A DNA stretch of 64,000 nucleotides from Phyllobates terribilis. Lineage: Eukaryota. This document shows positions 47,882 through 59,800 of this stretch, piece after piece. Position 1 is the first letter of the stretch; every line of letters starts with the position of its first letter. A program made the translations under genes and the position numbers. Location of the stretch: NCBI RefSeq assembly GCF_046119375.1, contig NW_027362767.1, positions 317,068,001 to 317,132,000 on the forward strand, written 5' to 3'. The notes below the pieces were generated by a model that saw only the letters and a program-made list of their open reading frames with translations, ran no database searches and was not told the DNA's origin.

Positions 47882-50800
47882 GGATGTTTAATGCTTATTA
47901 AATCCTCACCTTGCTTGTAGAATTTTGTCTGAAGGTTTAAGAGAAATCCAGTGTTTTAGTCATAAGTGCAGCGGGATGAGTAGCGCACTTGCGCTCTCCT
48001 ACCTCTCACTTTTTACCTTTTGGTTTGTGATGGACAGGTGACTCTTGTGTCAGATACATGCCTCCCCCTGTCCAAGATTTGGCTCAGGCGCTGTCAGCGC
48101 CCAGGGTTATCTCCTAAGAGGGGGGTGGTGCATTGCACAGTTAGCTTTTGCTGTTTAGCTCTTGCACCATAAATCGATCTACTGGTGCATTGAGGAGGTG
48201 ACCCCGGGCAGTGACTGCACATGTATAAAATCTGGGCAGGAGGCATATCACTGAGACGAGAGTGACCTGTGAAAACAGATAAGAGGCCAGCTGCAGCAGG
48301 CGGGGAAAAGCGAGAGGTAGGAGATCTGTAAGTGCACTGCCAGCCCTGCTGCACTTGTGACTAAAACCTAAACTCTGGCGTTCACTTCCAGACAAAATTC
48401 TACAAGTAAGGTAAGGATTTAATAAGCATTAAAGGGTGGTTACACACATGCCATTTATTAGGGTTTTAATGTCCTGATGACCGGTTCCCTTTTAACAGCG
48501 CTCTCCTGTGTTCTTTAATTAAAATAACTGATTTTATCTGAGTGCCGTTTTATGTCTGGTCACTTGCTGCTGTTAGAGCAAACACATACGTCTATTTGGA
48601 GTCTATGGGGCTAATTTACTAAAGATGTGCAGCTTTTAGACAATGTTAACTTAAACCAGACGATGTTAAAATGCACCAGTGGTTCTTGCTGTATGATAAA
48701 TTTGGTGCATCTTTTAGACTGTCTAGTGTAAGTTTATCTATCGATCCAATAATTAAGGTTCATTTTGGTGCAGAGATCACAGTTTAGACAACACCCTTTC
48801 TTTCCCATCAAACCATGCCTGCTTTTTGATAGGCCAAGTTCCTTGTTGAGCGAGTCTACAACATGTAATGAATATTGCGCAAACCACGTAAGATAGTTTG
48901 TTGTCACAAAGTAAGTCAGAATGCTGCTGCTGACATCTGGTTTTACATGATTTCACTCTAAAAGAGAAACATACATATATATATATATATATATATTTCC
49001 CAATATGAAAGTAGTATTATTTAGAGACAAAGACCCTGATTCTGGTGCCTTGTCTCTTACTGGGCTCCTTGCTGTAGTTTTGATAAAGCACTTCTATCTG
49101 CTGTAGCTCCACTAGTCCTCCAGGTGATTAAACTCCTGCTATGTAGTCGTCGATATTCATGAGCAGGCACTGGTTATCCCCACCACTGGCAGCTTCCTTT
49201 CTGCACTGTGCATAGACAGAAAGGTGCACATCAATGGTGTGGCTGGGGCTATACCGAGCTCCGTACTGAGGGGACTGGTACATCTGCAGAATTTATTAAT
49301 ACAACAGTAAGCAGCCGAGTCAGTGACCCAGTGCTGGAATCAGGATCTGTCACTATTTCTGCTGCCCTCCGATTGGAAAGCAAAAACTTGGTAACAGATT
49401 CTCTTTAACAGGTCTGCATGATCAACTAGATGCAAAACATTTGCATATTTTGATGGGATTACTAGCTTTTGAACAGTGTAAACGGTTTGTCGATGCCATT
49501 GGTCATAAATTTTGCATTTTCACTTTAGTTTAAGTTTGCACCACCTTTTAGCTTATGTATGCCAGTTTTTTTGCTGCATTTTTTTGCTAAAATTCTATGT
49601 CATTTAGCTTTGTAAATCACCCCTAATGTGTGATACCTAATAGTTCTGGCCAGATGCATTCAGCTGTGTTAAGTGTGACTTTTGTTTCATGAGCATATTT
49701 GAAGTTTGCCCCACTTATGTGAAATTGTACTTGCTTGCCTGCCATTGACTCACATTGTACAAACAAACATAAGCTGCATAGTATGTGGGGTCTCCTTGTA
49801 GTCAGCTGCATTTTGCAAAGAGAACTGTTGTCTGTTATTTCTTGAAATTGATACCTTTGTATTTTTTTTTATTTTTTTTTTTATATATCTGGTTTCCCAA
49901 AAATGTACGCTAGGCTTATAAATGTATGATCACATCTGAATCCGCACAAAGCAGACCCTGATGCAACAATTCAAAAAAATTGTATTTACAAATACTTTCA
50001 AATTATATTCACCACTGTGAAAAACGTATCCGGTCTGCACTGCTGGCTTATCCAAGCTGCAGTTAGATCCTGGTAACGCCTCCTTTCACTTAAAATAATC
50101 TCTGGAGGCAGATTCTCAGAGAAATCTATGTCCGGCCCATAGATCTTAGCAGCTCATTGACTTAAAGGGAGTCTGTCACCCCCTGGCACTTGTATGTCCA
50201 TATTAGAGGTCAGATAAGTGCTAGAAATGTGAATCTATATCTACCTGTATGCCTCATATTAGAGGTCTTGACGCTGTGAAATGTCTTTTTATTCATACAA
50301 GTTTCTGATGTGTTCCAGTCCCGGTGATGGGGAAAAAATCCCCACCTCCTGTGGTAATTACAATGTTTCCCCCCTTCCCTGTAGGTTAGTGTCCTGTGAT
50401 GTGCAGTTGCTGCAGCCAAATCCAGGCACTGTGACATGCAGGGGAGGGGGGAAACATTGTAATTCACACAGGAGGCGGGGATTTCTTCCAGTCACCGGGC
50501 CTGCAAGCGGGAATTTCTTCCAGTCACCGGGCCTGCAAGCGGGGGTTTCTTCCAGTCACCGGGCCTGCAAGCATCAGAAATTTGATTGAATAAAAGACAT
50601 TTCACAGCAACCAGACCTCTAATATGAGGCATACAGGTAGGAATAGATTTACATTTCTATCACCTGTATGCCCATATTAGAGGTCAGATAAGTGCCAGGG
50701 GGTGACAGATTCCCTTTAAAAGGAAAAACGTGGATTTCTCTGGAATAAGACCTCAAATTGTAGATATCAAGGTATCATTTTATTCAGCTTCCTATTACCT

Positions 50801-53800
50801 ACATGCCCATATAGACGGCTTAGGAGGATTGATCCTACTGACAGATTCTCTTTAACTCCAGTACACTAATAATAAAGCTCTACCTTGGCTGTGCTGGTTT
50901 GGGCAGTGACAAGGTTTGTCTGATATATGATATAAGATACTGTTATCTGGACTGGCAATCACTTATTGATCGGATTTCAGTATATAAATGGTCTACTTTA
51001 TTGACTTTATTTCTTAGATTTGATGAGACTGATGTACTAACTTCATGTAATAATGGCTGTTAATCCAGATGATAAAGTAAGCATTTTTACAGCTGGACTC
51101 ATAAAATTCTCATTTTGGTATATCAAGATATAAAACTTTCAAAAAAAGGATTGTGCAACCATTCTGACATGGATTTCCAAAATGCAATAGCCTCATAAGG
51201 TGTAATTTAATAATGTAAAATCTGGTGAGCGATCTGCTTTAAACTGGTAGTATCCTGTGTGCTCCTTGATTCTACCACACAGTACACCTAAAAGGTTTCA
51301 CCAGATCTTCTTGTCAAGAATAGTGACTACCTATTAAAAATCTCAAAGAATTTTACTGTATTTTCTTCCTCTTTCTGCCTCTTGATATCATATATGTATT
51401 TCTTGCAGAGTTTTTAGTCAGTAAATTATAACCCATACTTTAAGGAGTTCTCTATTGAAGCTATAAAACAGCAGGTTTTTGCCATGTAATATGACAGCAG
51501 CATGATGTAGGGACAGAGACCCGGATTCCCGCTATGTCTCACTTAGTTTACTGGGTGCAGATATTATGATAAAGTCAGTTTTTTCTGCTGCAGAGCTCAA
51601 TTGTTAAGCTGTGTATAACCCGCCCACACCACAGTTTTCTGTGTACATTGTATAGTGACAGAGCTGCTAATCAGTGGTGAGGTGTGGCTGGACTAGGAGG
51701 CACAAGGACAGTTGTCCTGCAGTGATAATCTCCTGCTGATAAAACACTGATTTATATTGAAACAGCAAAACACAGCCCAATAAGTGACATATCACTGTAA
51801 TCAGGGTCTCTGCTCCTACATCATGTTGCTTTTGGATTACAAAGCAAAAACAGCTGACAAATTTCTTTTAAGCGCAACCACCAATATGCTCTTCGTTTTT
51901 GGGACCTTATCTGTTTCAGATGTTCCTTTTCTGGTGGCTTAAAGGGAATCTGTCACCCCCTGGGAAATATCAGACCGCTACTATGGGCATACTGGGTACA
52001 GAAAAGTAACTCTATACTTGCTTGTATGGCCCATGGTAGAGGTCTGATTGCAGAGAAAAGTAGTTTTATCTTTTTAGTTTTCAACAGGCTTGGCGTCCGG
52101 GGGACATCAAGCAATGCCTGCCTATCTGATTGTTATTCCCCTAAATCGCCGCCTATCAGCCTAGTTACCATTTTCCCTCCCTCTCCCTCACGTTACAGGG
52201 CGCTGTGACGTGTGCCTTCCTTCCTCACCTCCCGGCTCATGCGCAGAGCGCGGCTCGTATAGACGGCACTTTGTTTCCTCCAGGCCGTGTTTGTATGAGC
52301 ACAGTGCCGCAGAAAACCTTCTTGTTATGCGCTGGGAGTCACTGGAGCGGAAGTCGCAGGGACTCCCCGGCGCCTGCGCAATAGAGCACCTCGCTCATAC
52401 AAACCTGGCCGGGAGGAAACAAAGTGTGGTCTGTAAGAGCCGAGCTCTGTGCATGCGCTGAGAGGTGAGGAAGGAAAGCACATGTCACAGCACCCTGTAA
52501 CGTGCGGGAGAGGGAGGGAAAATTGTAACTAGGCTGATAGGTCTGTTGAAAACCAAAGAGATAAAACTACTTTTCTCTGCTATCAGACCACTACTATGGG
52601 CCATACAGGTAGGTATAGATTAACTTTTCTATACCCTGTGTGCCCATAGTAGCGGTCTGATAACTCCCAGGGTGTGACAGATTCCCTTTAATAACTTCTA
52701 TTATTTTATTCATAGCAGCCATGTATGTTATTTGATTGTGCAATCATAGTATGGAATTGTTATAACCACAAGAATTACCAATCATAACATCATACAATCA
52801 TAAGTGGTTTCAGCCAGAAGCACATATTGCCATATAATGCAATTCAAGACTACTATCTAAACGTTCTTAGATGAAATTCTGATGGTAGTCCTCTTTTAAG
52901 GGGTTGTCCTGGACATTGATATAGATGGCCTGTTCTAGGGATAGGTTGTCAATACCCCCCCCCCCCCCCCCCCCCCCGGTAGTGGCCGGATGTAATCAGT
53001 TGCAATGCTGCACAGCGCTATGAAGTTCATTGTGATCGTGGTAGGGTACTGCACATCTTAATACGTGTGGGTCTGCAGTACCCTGCTGCGGCCATTATGC
53101 GGATGACAAAGATGTGCTGCTCCACTCAGCCACCTGTCAGATCCGGCCAGCACTGGGAACAGCTGATCAGCAGAGGTGCCGGGGGTCGCACCCCCACCGA
53201 TCTGGTACTGATGACACATCCTACGGATAGACCATCAATTTTAAATTACCGGACAACAGCACATACTTTACATGGGAGAGACAGAAAAAGCAATGTTAAG
53301 TGCAGGTATTTTTGTCTTGTACAACTTTGCAGCAACTTTTCTCAGAGAATCTAATTAATGACTATTCATCTGCAGGCACCCAGCAGCTTGCTGGAAGCAC
53401 TTGAACAGCACTTGGCATCCCTTGAAGGGAAAAAAACAAAGGAGCTCTCAGCTGCTAGTCGGTGAGTTGTGTGAAGTGCTCTCATAATGCCAAGCGTAAC
53501 CAAATTCACTCTGAGGACATCACCTAAACTAAATTTTGTCTATTTTTTCCCCACTATATGATTAATTATTGTGTATATGTATATGTGTGTGTATGTCTAT
53601 TTCTAGATCTCTAGAGAGCTAGAGCTATTCACAAACAGTCCATACTTAATTCATTATGGACATACAGTGTGTGTATATATTAATTATTATGACACACACT
53701 ATAGAATTTTTTTTCTATTGCAGAGCTAGCACCTTGTCTAGTGCAGTATCATCTCTTGCCACAACCGGGTTGTCCTTTTCTAAAATGGATGAAAAAGAGC

Positions 53801-56800
53801 GGCAGCTGGCACTAGACGAGGAACAAGCGAGACTTCAAGCACTTAAGGTATAACGTTTTTTTTTAGTAAAATCATGTACATCTTCATGTTTTCGATTTTC
53901 TCTGTACATTATAATGTTTACCTTGTAGAGGTCGTCTCATAACGGCAGCCTTTGACCATCTGCCTTATGGAGAGCTTTATAGTGGGTTATGTCTATCATT
54001 GTAATCCTGTGATATTTATTTTTATTTATTTTACTCACTTCTATAGCGCCATTAATTCCACAGCGCTTTACAGACATTATGGGCACTGTCCCCATTGGGG
54101 CTCACAATCTACATTCCTGATCAGTATGTCTTTGGGGTGTGGGAGGAAACCAGAGAACCCGGAGGAAACCCACTCAAACACGGGAAGAACATACAAACTC
54201 CTTGCAGATGTTGTCCTTGGTGGGATTTGAACCCAGGACCCCAGCGCTGCAAGGCTGCAGTGCTACCCACTGAGCCACCGTGCTGCCCAGATATGAGGTG
54301 ACTGTTGGGAACTGACCGCACAGGGAGTGTCCGTCAAAAAGGTGCAGAATTTCAGGAGCGTCATTCTAGATTGGGACAATATAGATGGGGAATTTGTTAC
54401 TTTCTTTTAAATTCCCCATGTGTTAAGCTTTCTGCCACAATGAATAGATGACATGATAAAGTTATTTTCATTTGAATAATTTGACATGAAGATATTTTGG
54501 TGCTGCCTCCTACAGTCAAGGCCAAAAGTTTTGAGACTGACACAAATTTTGGTGCCACAATGTTTGCTGCTTCAGTGTTTTTGGATCTTTGTTATAACTG
54601 TACTTCAGTAACCATAAAAACATCTAAGTATTTCATACGTTTTTAAAGTTTTATTGACAAATACATCAAGTTTATACATAGACTTAATATTTACAGTGTT
54701 GACCCTTATTTTTTTCAAGACTTCTGCCCTTCACTCTGACAGCTGGGTATGAGTTTCTGGGCCAAATCCTGACTGATGACAACCCATTCTTGCCTAATTA
54801 GTAATTTGGAGTTCATCACAATTTCAGTGCTTTTGTTTGTCTACCTGCTTTTTGAGGATTGATGACAAGTTCTCAATGGGATTGAGATCTGGGGAGTTTC
54901 CTCAACATGGACCCAGAATGTCAATGTTTTGTTCACCGAACCACCTAGTTATGATTTCTGCCTTGTGACAAGGTCTCCATCATGCTGTAAAAAGCATTCA
55001 TCACCAAATTGCTCCTGGATGGTTGGGAGAAGTTGCTATTGGAGGGCGATTAGACCCCATACTTTATTCATGGCAGTGCTGTTAGGCAAAATTGTGAGTG
55101 AGCCCACTCCATGGATAAAAAGCCCCCACACCCGAATGATCTCAGGATGCTTTACTTTTGTCATGAATCAGGACTCGTGGTAGTGCTCCCCTTATATTCT
55201 CCAGATATCCCAAACAGTCTGAAGGGGAAAATACATTTGTGGGAAGTACAGAGATTGGACTTCAGAGGGCTGGGGTAATGTTTTCTCTGATGAAGCCGCC
55301 TTCAGACTCTTTGGGACATGATTGTCTGGAGAAGAAAAGATGAGCCCAAGTACGTTTTTGTTTTCATAATGTAATTGATTTCACTTTCAGGAACAACGTC
55401 TTAGAGAAATTTCTGTAGTTTCAAATTCTACACCTGGATCAACGTCTCCAAGCACCTTATCTGGAAAAAGTGTTAATACCACCTCGGCTGTGGATTTATT
55501 CTCCACGCCTGCACCAACAACTAATAGGTAAGTCTAGAAATGTACAGTTAGGTCCATATATATTTGGACAGAGACAACATTTTTCTAATTTTGGTTCTAG
55601 ACATTACCACAATTAATTTTAAAACAATTCAGATGCAGTTGAAGTTCAGACTTTCAGCTTTCATTTGAGGGTATCCACATTAAAATTGGATGAAGGGTTT
55701 AGGAGTTTCAGCTCCTTAACATGTGCCACCCTGTTTTCAAAGGGACCAAAAGTAATTGGACAATTGACTCCAAGGCTATTTCATGGACAGGTGTGGACAA
55801 TCCCTTCGTTATGTCATTCTCAATTAAGCAGATAAAAGGCCTGGAGTTGATTTGAGGTGTGGTGCTTGCATTTGAAGGTTTTGCTGTGAAGTAAACATGC
55901 GGTCAAAGGAGCTCTCCATGCAGGTGAAACAAGCCATCCTTAAGCTGCAAAAACAGAAAAAAAACATCCGAGAAATTGCTACAATATTAGGAGTGGCAAA
56001 ATCTACAGTTTGGTACATCCTGAGAAAGAAAGAAAGCACTGGTGAACTCATCAATGCAAAAAGACCTGGGTGCCCACGGAAGACAACAGTGGTGGGTGAT
56101 CGCAGAATAATCTCCATGGTGAAGAGAAACCCCTTCACAAGAGCCAACCAAGTGAACACCACTCTCCAGGAGGTAGGTATATCAATATCCAAATCTACCA
56201 TAAAGAGAAGACTGCATGAAAGTAAATACAGAGGGTTCACTGCACGGTGCAAGCCACTCATAAGCATCAAGAATAAAAAGGCTAGACTGGACTTTGCTAA
56301 AAAAACATCTAAAAAAGCCAGCACAGTTCTGGAAGAACATTCCTTGGACAGATGAAACCAAGATCAACCTCTACCAGAATGATGGAAAGAGAAAAGTATG
56401 TCGAAGGCGTGGTACAGCTCATGATCCAAAGCATACCACATCATCTGTAAAACATGGCGGAGGCAGTATAATGGCTTGGGCATGCATGGCTGCCAGTGGC
56501 ACTGGGTCACTAGTGTTTATTGATGATGTGACACAGGACAGAAGCAGCCGAATGAATTCTGATGTATTCAGAGCCATACTGTGTGCTCAGATCCAGCCAA
56601 ATGCAGCCAAACTGATTGGTCGTCATTTCATACTACAGATGGACAATGACCCAAAGCATAAAGCCAAAGCAACCCAGGAGTTTATTAAAGCAAAGAAGTG
56701 GAATATTCTTGAATGGCCAAGTCAGTCACCTGATCTCAACCCAATTGAGCATGCATTTCACTCGTTAAAGACTAAACTTCAGACAGAAAGGCCCACAAAC

Positions 56801-59800
56801 AAACAGCAACTGAAAACCACCGCAGTGAAGGCCTGGCAGAGCATCAAAAAGGAGGAAACCCAGCGTCTGGTGATGTCCATGAGTTCAAGACTTTAGGCAG
56901 TCATTGCCAACAAAGGGGTTTCAACCAAGTACTAGAAATGAACATTTTATTTACAATTATTTAATCTGTCCAATTACTTTTGGCCCCTTTAAAAAACAGG
57001 GTGGCACATGTTAAGGAGCTGAAACTCATAAACCCTTCATCCAATTTTAATGTGGATACCCTCAAATGAAAGCTGAAAGTCTGAACTTCAACTGCATATG
57101 AATTGTTTTGTTTAAAATTCATTGTGGTAATGTCTAGAACCAAAATTAGAAAAATGTCTCTGTCTAAATATATATGGACCGAACTGTATATAGCGATTAA
57201 TCAGTAGTACGACATATGGCTCTATTACAGCGCACTTGTAGGTCAATATTTGCAAGCCAAAAGCAGGAGTGGATCTACACAGAGAAAATGTATAATGGAA
57301 GATTTGTACCTCTGTTGTAGACCTACTCCTCCTTTTAGTTTATAAATGCTAAGTTAATAAGTTAGGGTGCTTTCACATCGCGTTCTGTGTCCCCCGTCGG
57401 AGCATACGTCCGAAATCCCCCGCAAAACAGGGTCCTGGCGTATGCACCGACGGGGCCATAGACTGTAATGATGCAGACAGCGAGAACGTGCGCTCTGACG
57501 TGCATGATTTTTGGGGGAATATGCCTACAGGAGGCAGCCACTCAGTAGATTGCTTCTGTGTGTCTGCCTCCTGTAGGCGTACACTCCCGAAAAAAGTGCA
57601 CGGCAGAGCTGACGTTCGCTCTGCTGTCACCGTTACAGTCTATAGGCCCTGTTGGCTCATACGCCCGAACCCCATTTGGGGGGGATTTTGGACATATGTC
57701 CTGAAGAGGACACAATGCAATGTGAAGCACCCTTAGGCTGTGTGCCCACGATGCGTTTTTTAAGCGTTTCCGCAGCGGCAAAAACGCTGCAGAAACGCTT
57801 AAACTCATGGTAGAAGGTCTGCCATGTTCCCCAATGATAACCCGCATGTGCTGTGCACATGCTGCGGAAATTTCCGCCATGGATTACCATTGCTTAAAAA
57901 AACACAGCACTACCAATTATTTTGCGGAAGTGCTGCGTTTTCGCCGCCGTTGACTTGCATTAGATCGCATGGATTACGCATCACTGTATATGTAGATGCG
58001 CATTCCATGCGTTCTAACGTGCGGATGGTACCCAGGTCTAGAGGAGAGGAAACTCTCCTCCGGACCTGGGTACCATAGAAAACTGTAAAAAAAAAAAAAA
58101 TAATAATAAAATAAAAAATAAATATTATATTTACCTTCTGGCGGCCCCCGATGCGCTCCTCCTCGCATGCTGGCAGTTCGCGATGGACTGAAGGATCTGC
58201 GCTGACTGCATAGTCATGTGACGGGTCACGCGAAGCTGAAGTCGGCATGTCCTTCAGTGTACCGCTGTCGGCAACGGAGAACGGAGGGAAGCAGGACATT
58301 GCGGGTCTTCAGAGGGTAAGTATATATTTATTTTTTTTATTTTTTGACATTCTCTCGGGTCACACTATATAAATCCATGCCTTTTGCATGGATTTATATA
58401 GTGTGATCAAGTTGACAAGCACTTTCCAAGTTATGCTAAAATTGCTTGGAAAGCGCTTGTCAACCCGCATGTGGAAATGCAAGTGAAGAACGCTTCACAT
58501 CCGCATGTCCCTGGCAGGAAAAACGCATGTACAATCCGCATGCGTTTTTTTTTCTGCCAGGGAGATGCAGAAACGCTCAGGAAAAAATCCAGAGCATTTC
58601 TGCATCGTGGGCACATAGCCTTAGAAAAATAAATAATTCTGAACTATTTGTTTTCTGAGCTTAATTTTTCCGTGTGTCACTTGTCTGATTATTGCTCTCA
58701 AATGTTCCCATTTTCTGAATGAAAAACATTTGTACCTTTCAGCATGCCCAACCTTACCAGTGATCTGTTCGACCTGCAGCCAACATTTGTGCCAACAGTA
58801 CAAAGCACTCCTGCTATAGCATCATCTACAAACAGCACATGGGGAGGTAAGCGGATTCAGTCTAAACATAAGAAGTATTCTATAGGGATTTGTCTTTATT
58901 GCTTCATATGTTAGGTTGATAATGGCAGCGCAATGCTAGGATTTGCTACCAGTTTTCAGTCGGATGGGGCTCTGATCACTATACTCAATAACTGTCCATA
59001 TGACTGCCCAAGTTGACCTGAGGCTACAACAGACAAAGTGATACTTTTCCTAGTGATCGACAGAGATCAGAGCTTCAGCAAATGGACAATTGTGTTCTTT
59101 GTTGAAGCAACCCCTTTTACATCCGTAGATCGTGATACATATAGGGAATTCCATCTTTTGTCCCCTGCTTAGTACCACTGGACCCAATACAGTAATTGGG
59201 GATCAGGCTTTACACTCTTAGGTAGAGGTGCAGCAAGATGCCACACCAGTATCGCAATGGAAAATGGCATGTTAGTACATACGATTTTTTTGATTTGTGC
59301 CAGTTTATCACAGGATTTATGACTTTTGATTTCTTCACAGGGCCTTTTTCATCATCAAATGGAGTTAGTTCCCCACCACACCTGGACATCTTTGACATGC
59401 AGCCCGTTGAAGAAGTTGTAAAGTCTACCCCTGCTTTTAACGCTTCGACATTTCCTTCTAAGTCACCAATGGGACTTGTTAGTGGTAAATCTGATTTTAT
59501 ATTTCTAGATGAGTGTATAGAGTTGCATGACAAGGTAATTTGACATATTTGCAGCAATCCAAGGTAAGCAGTGTGAGAAAAATATACCATATTTTGCGGA
59601 TTATAAGATGCACCCCAAATTTTGGGAAGGAAAATAGGTAAAAATGTTTTTTAATAAATCTGTGCGTATTATAATCTGCTTACCTGTGGGGGGCAGGAGT
59701 CGCCGGCTGAGGCAGGAGTCGCCGGCTGAGGCAGGAGTCGCCGGCTGAGGCAGGAGTCGCCGGCTGAGGCAGGAGTCGCCGGCTGAGGCAGGAGTCGCGA

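Noticed and set aside
54215-54288. tRNA gene
   Set aside because: The A and B boxes belong to a SINE head followed by a SINE body and LINE-type tail.
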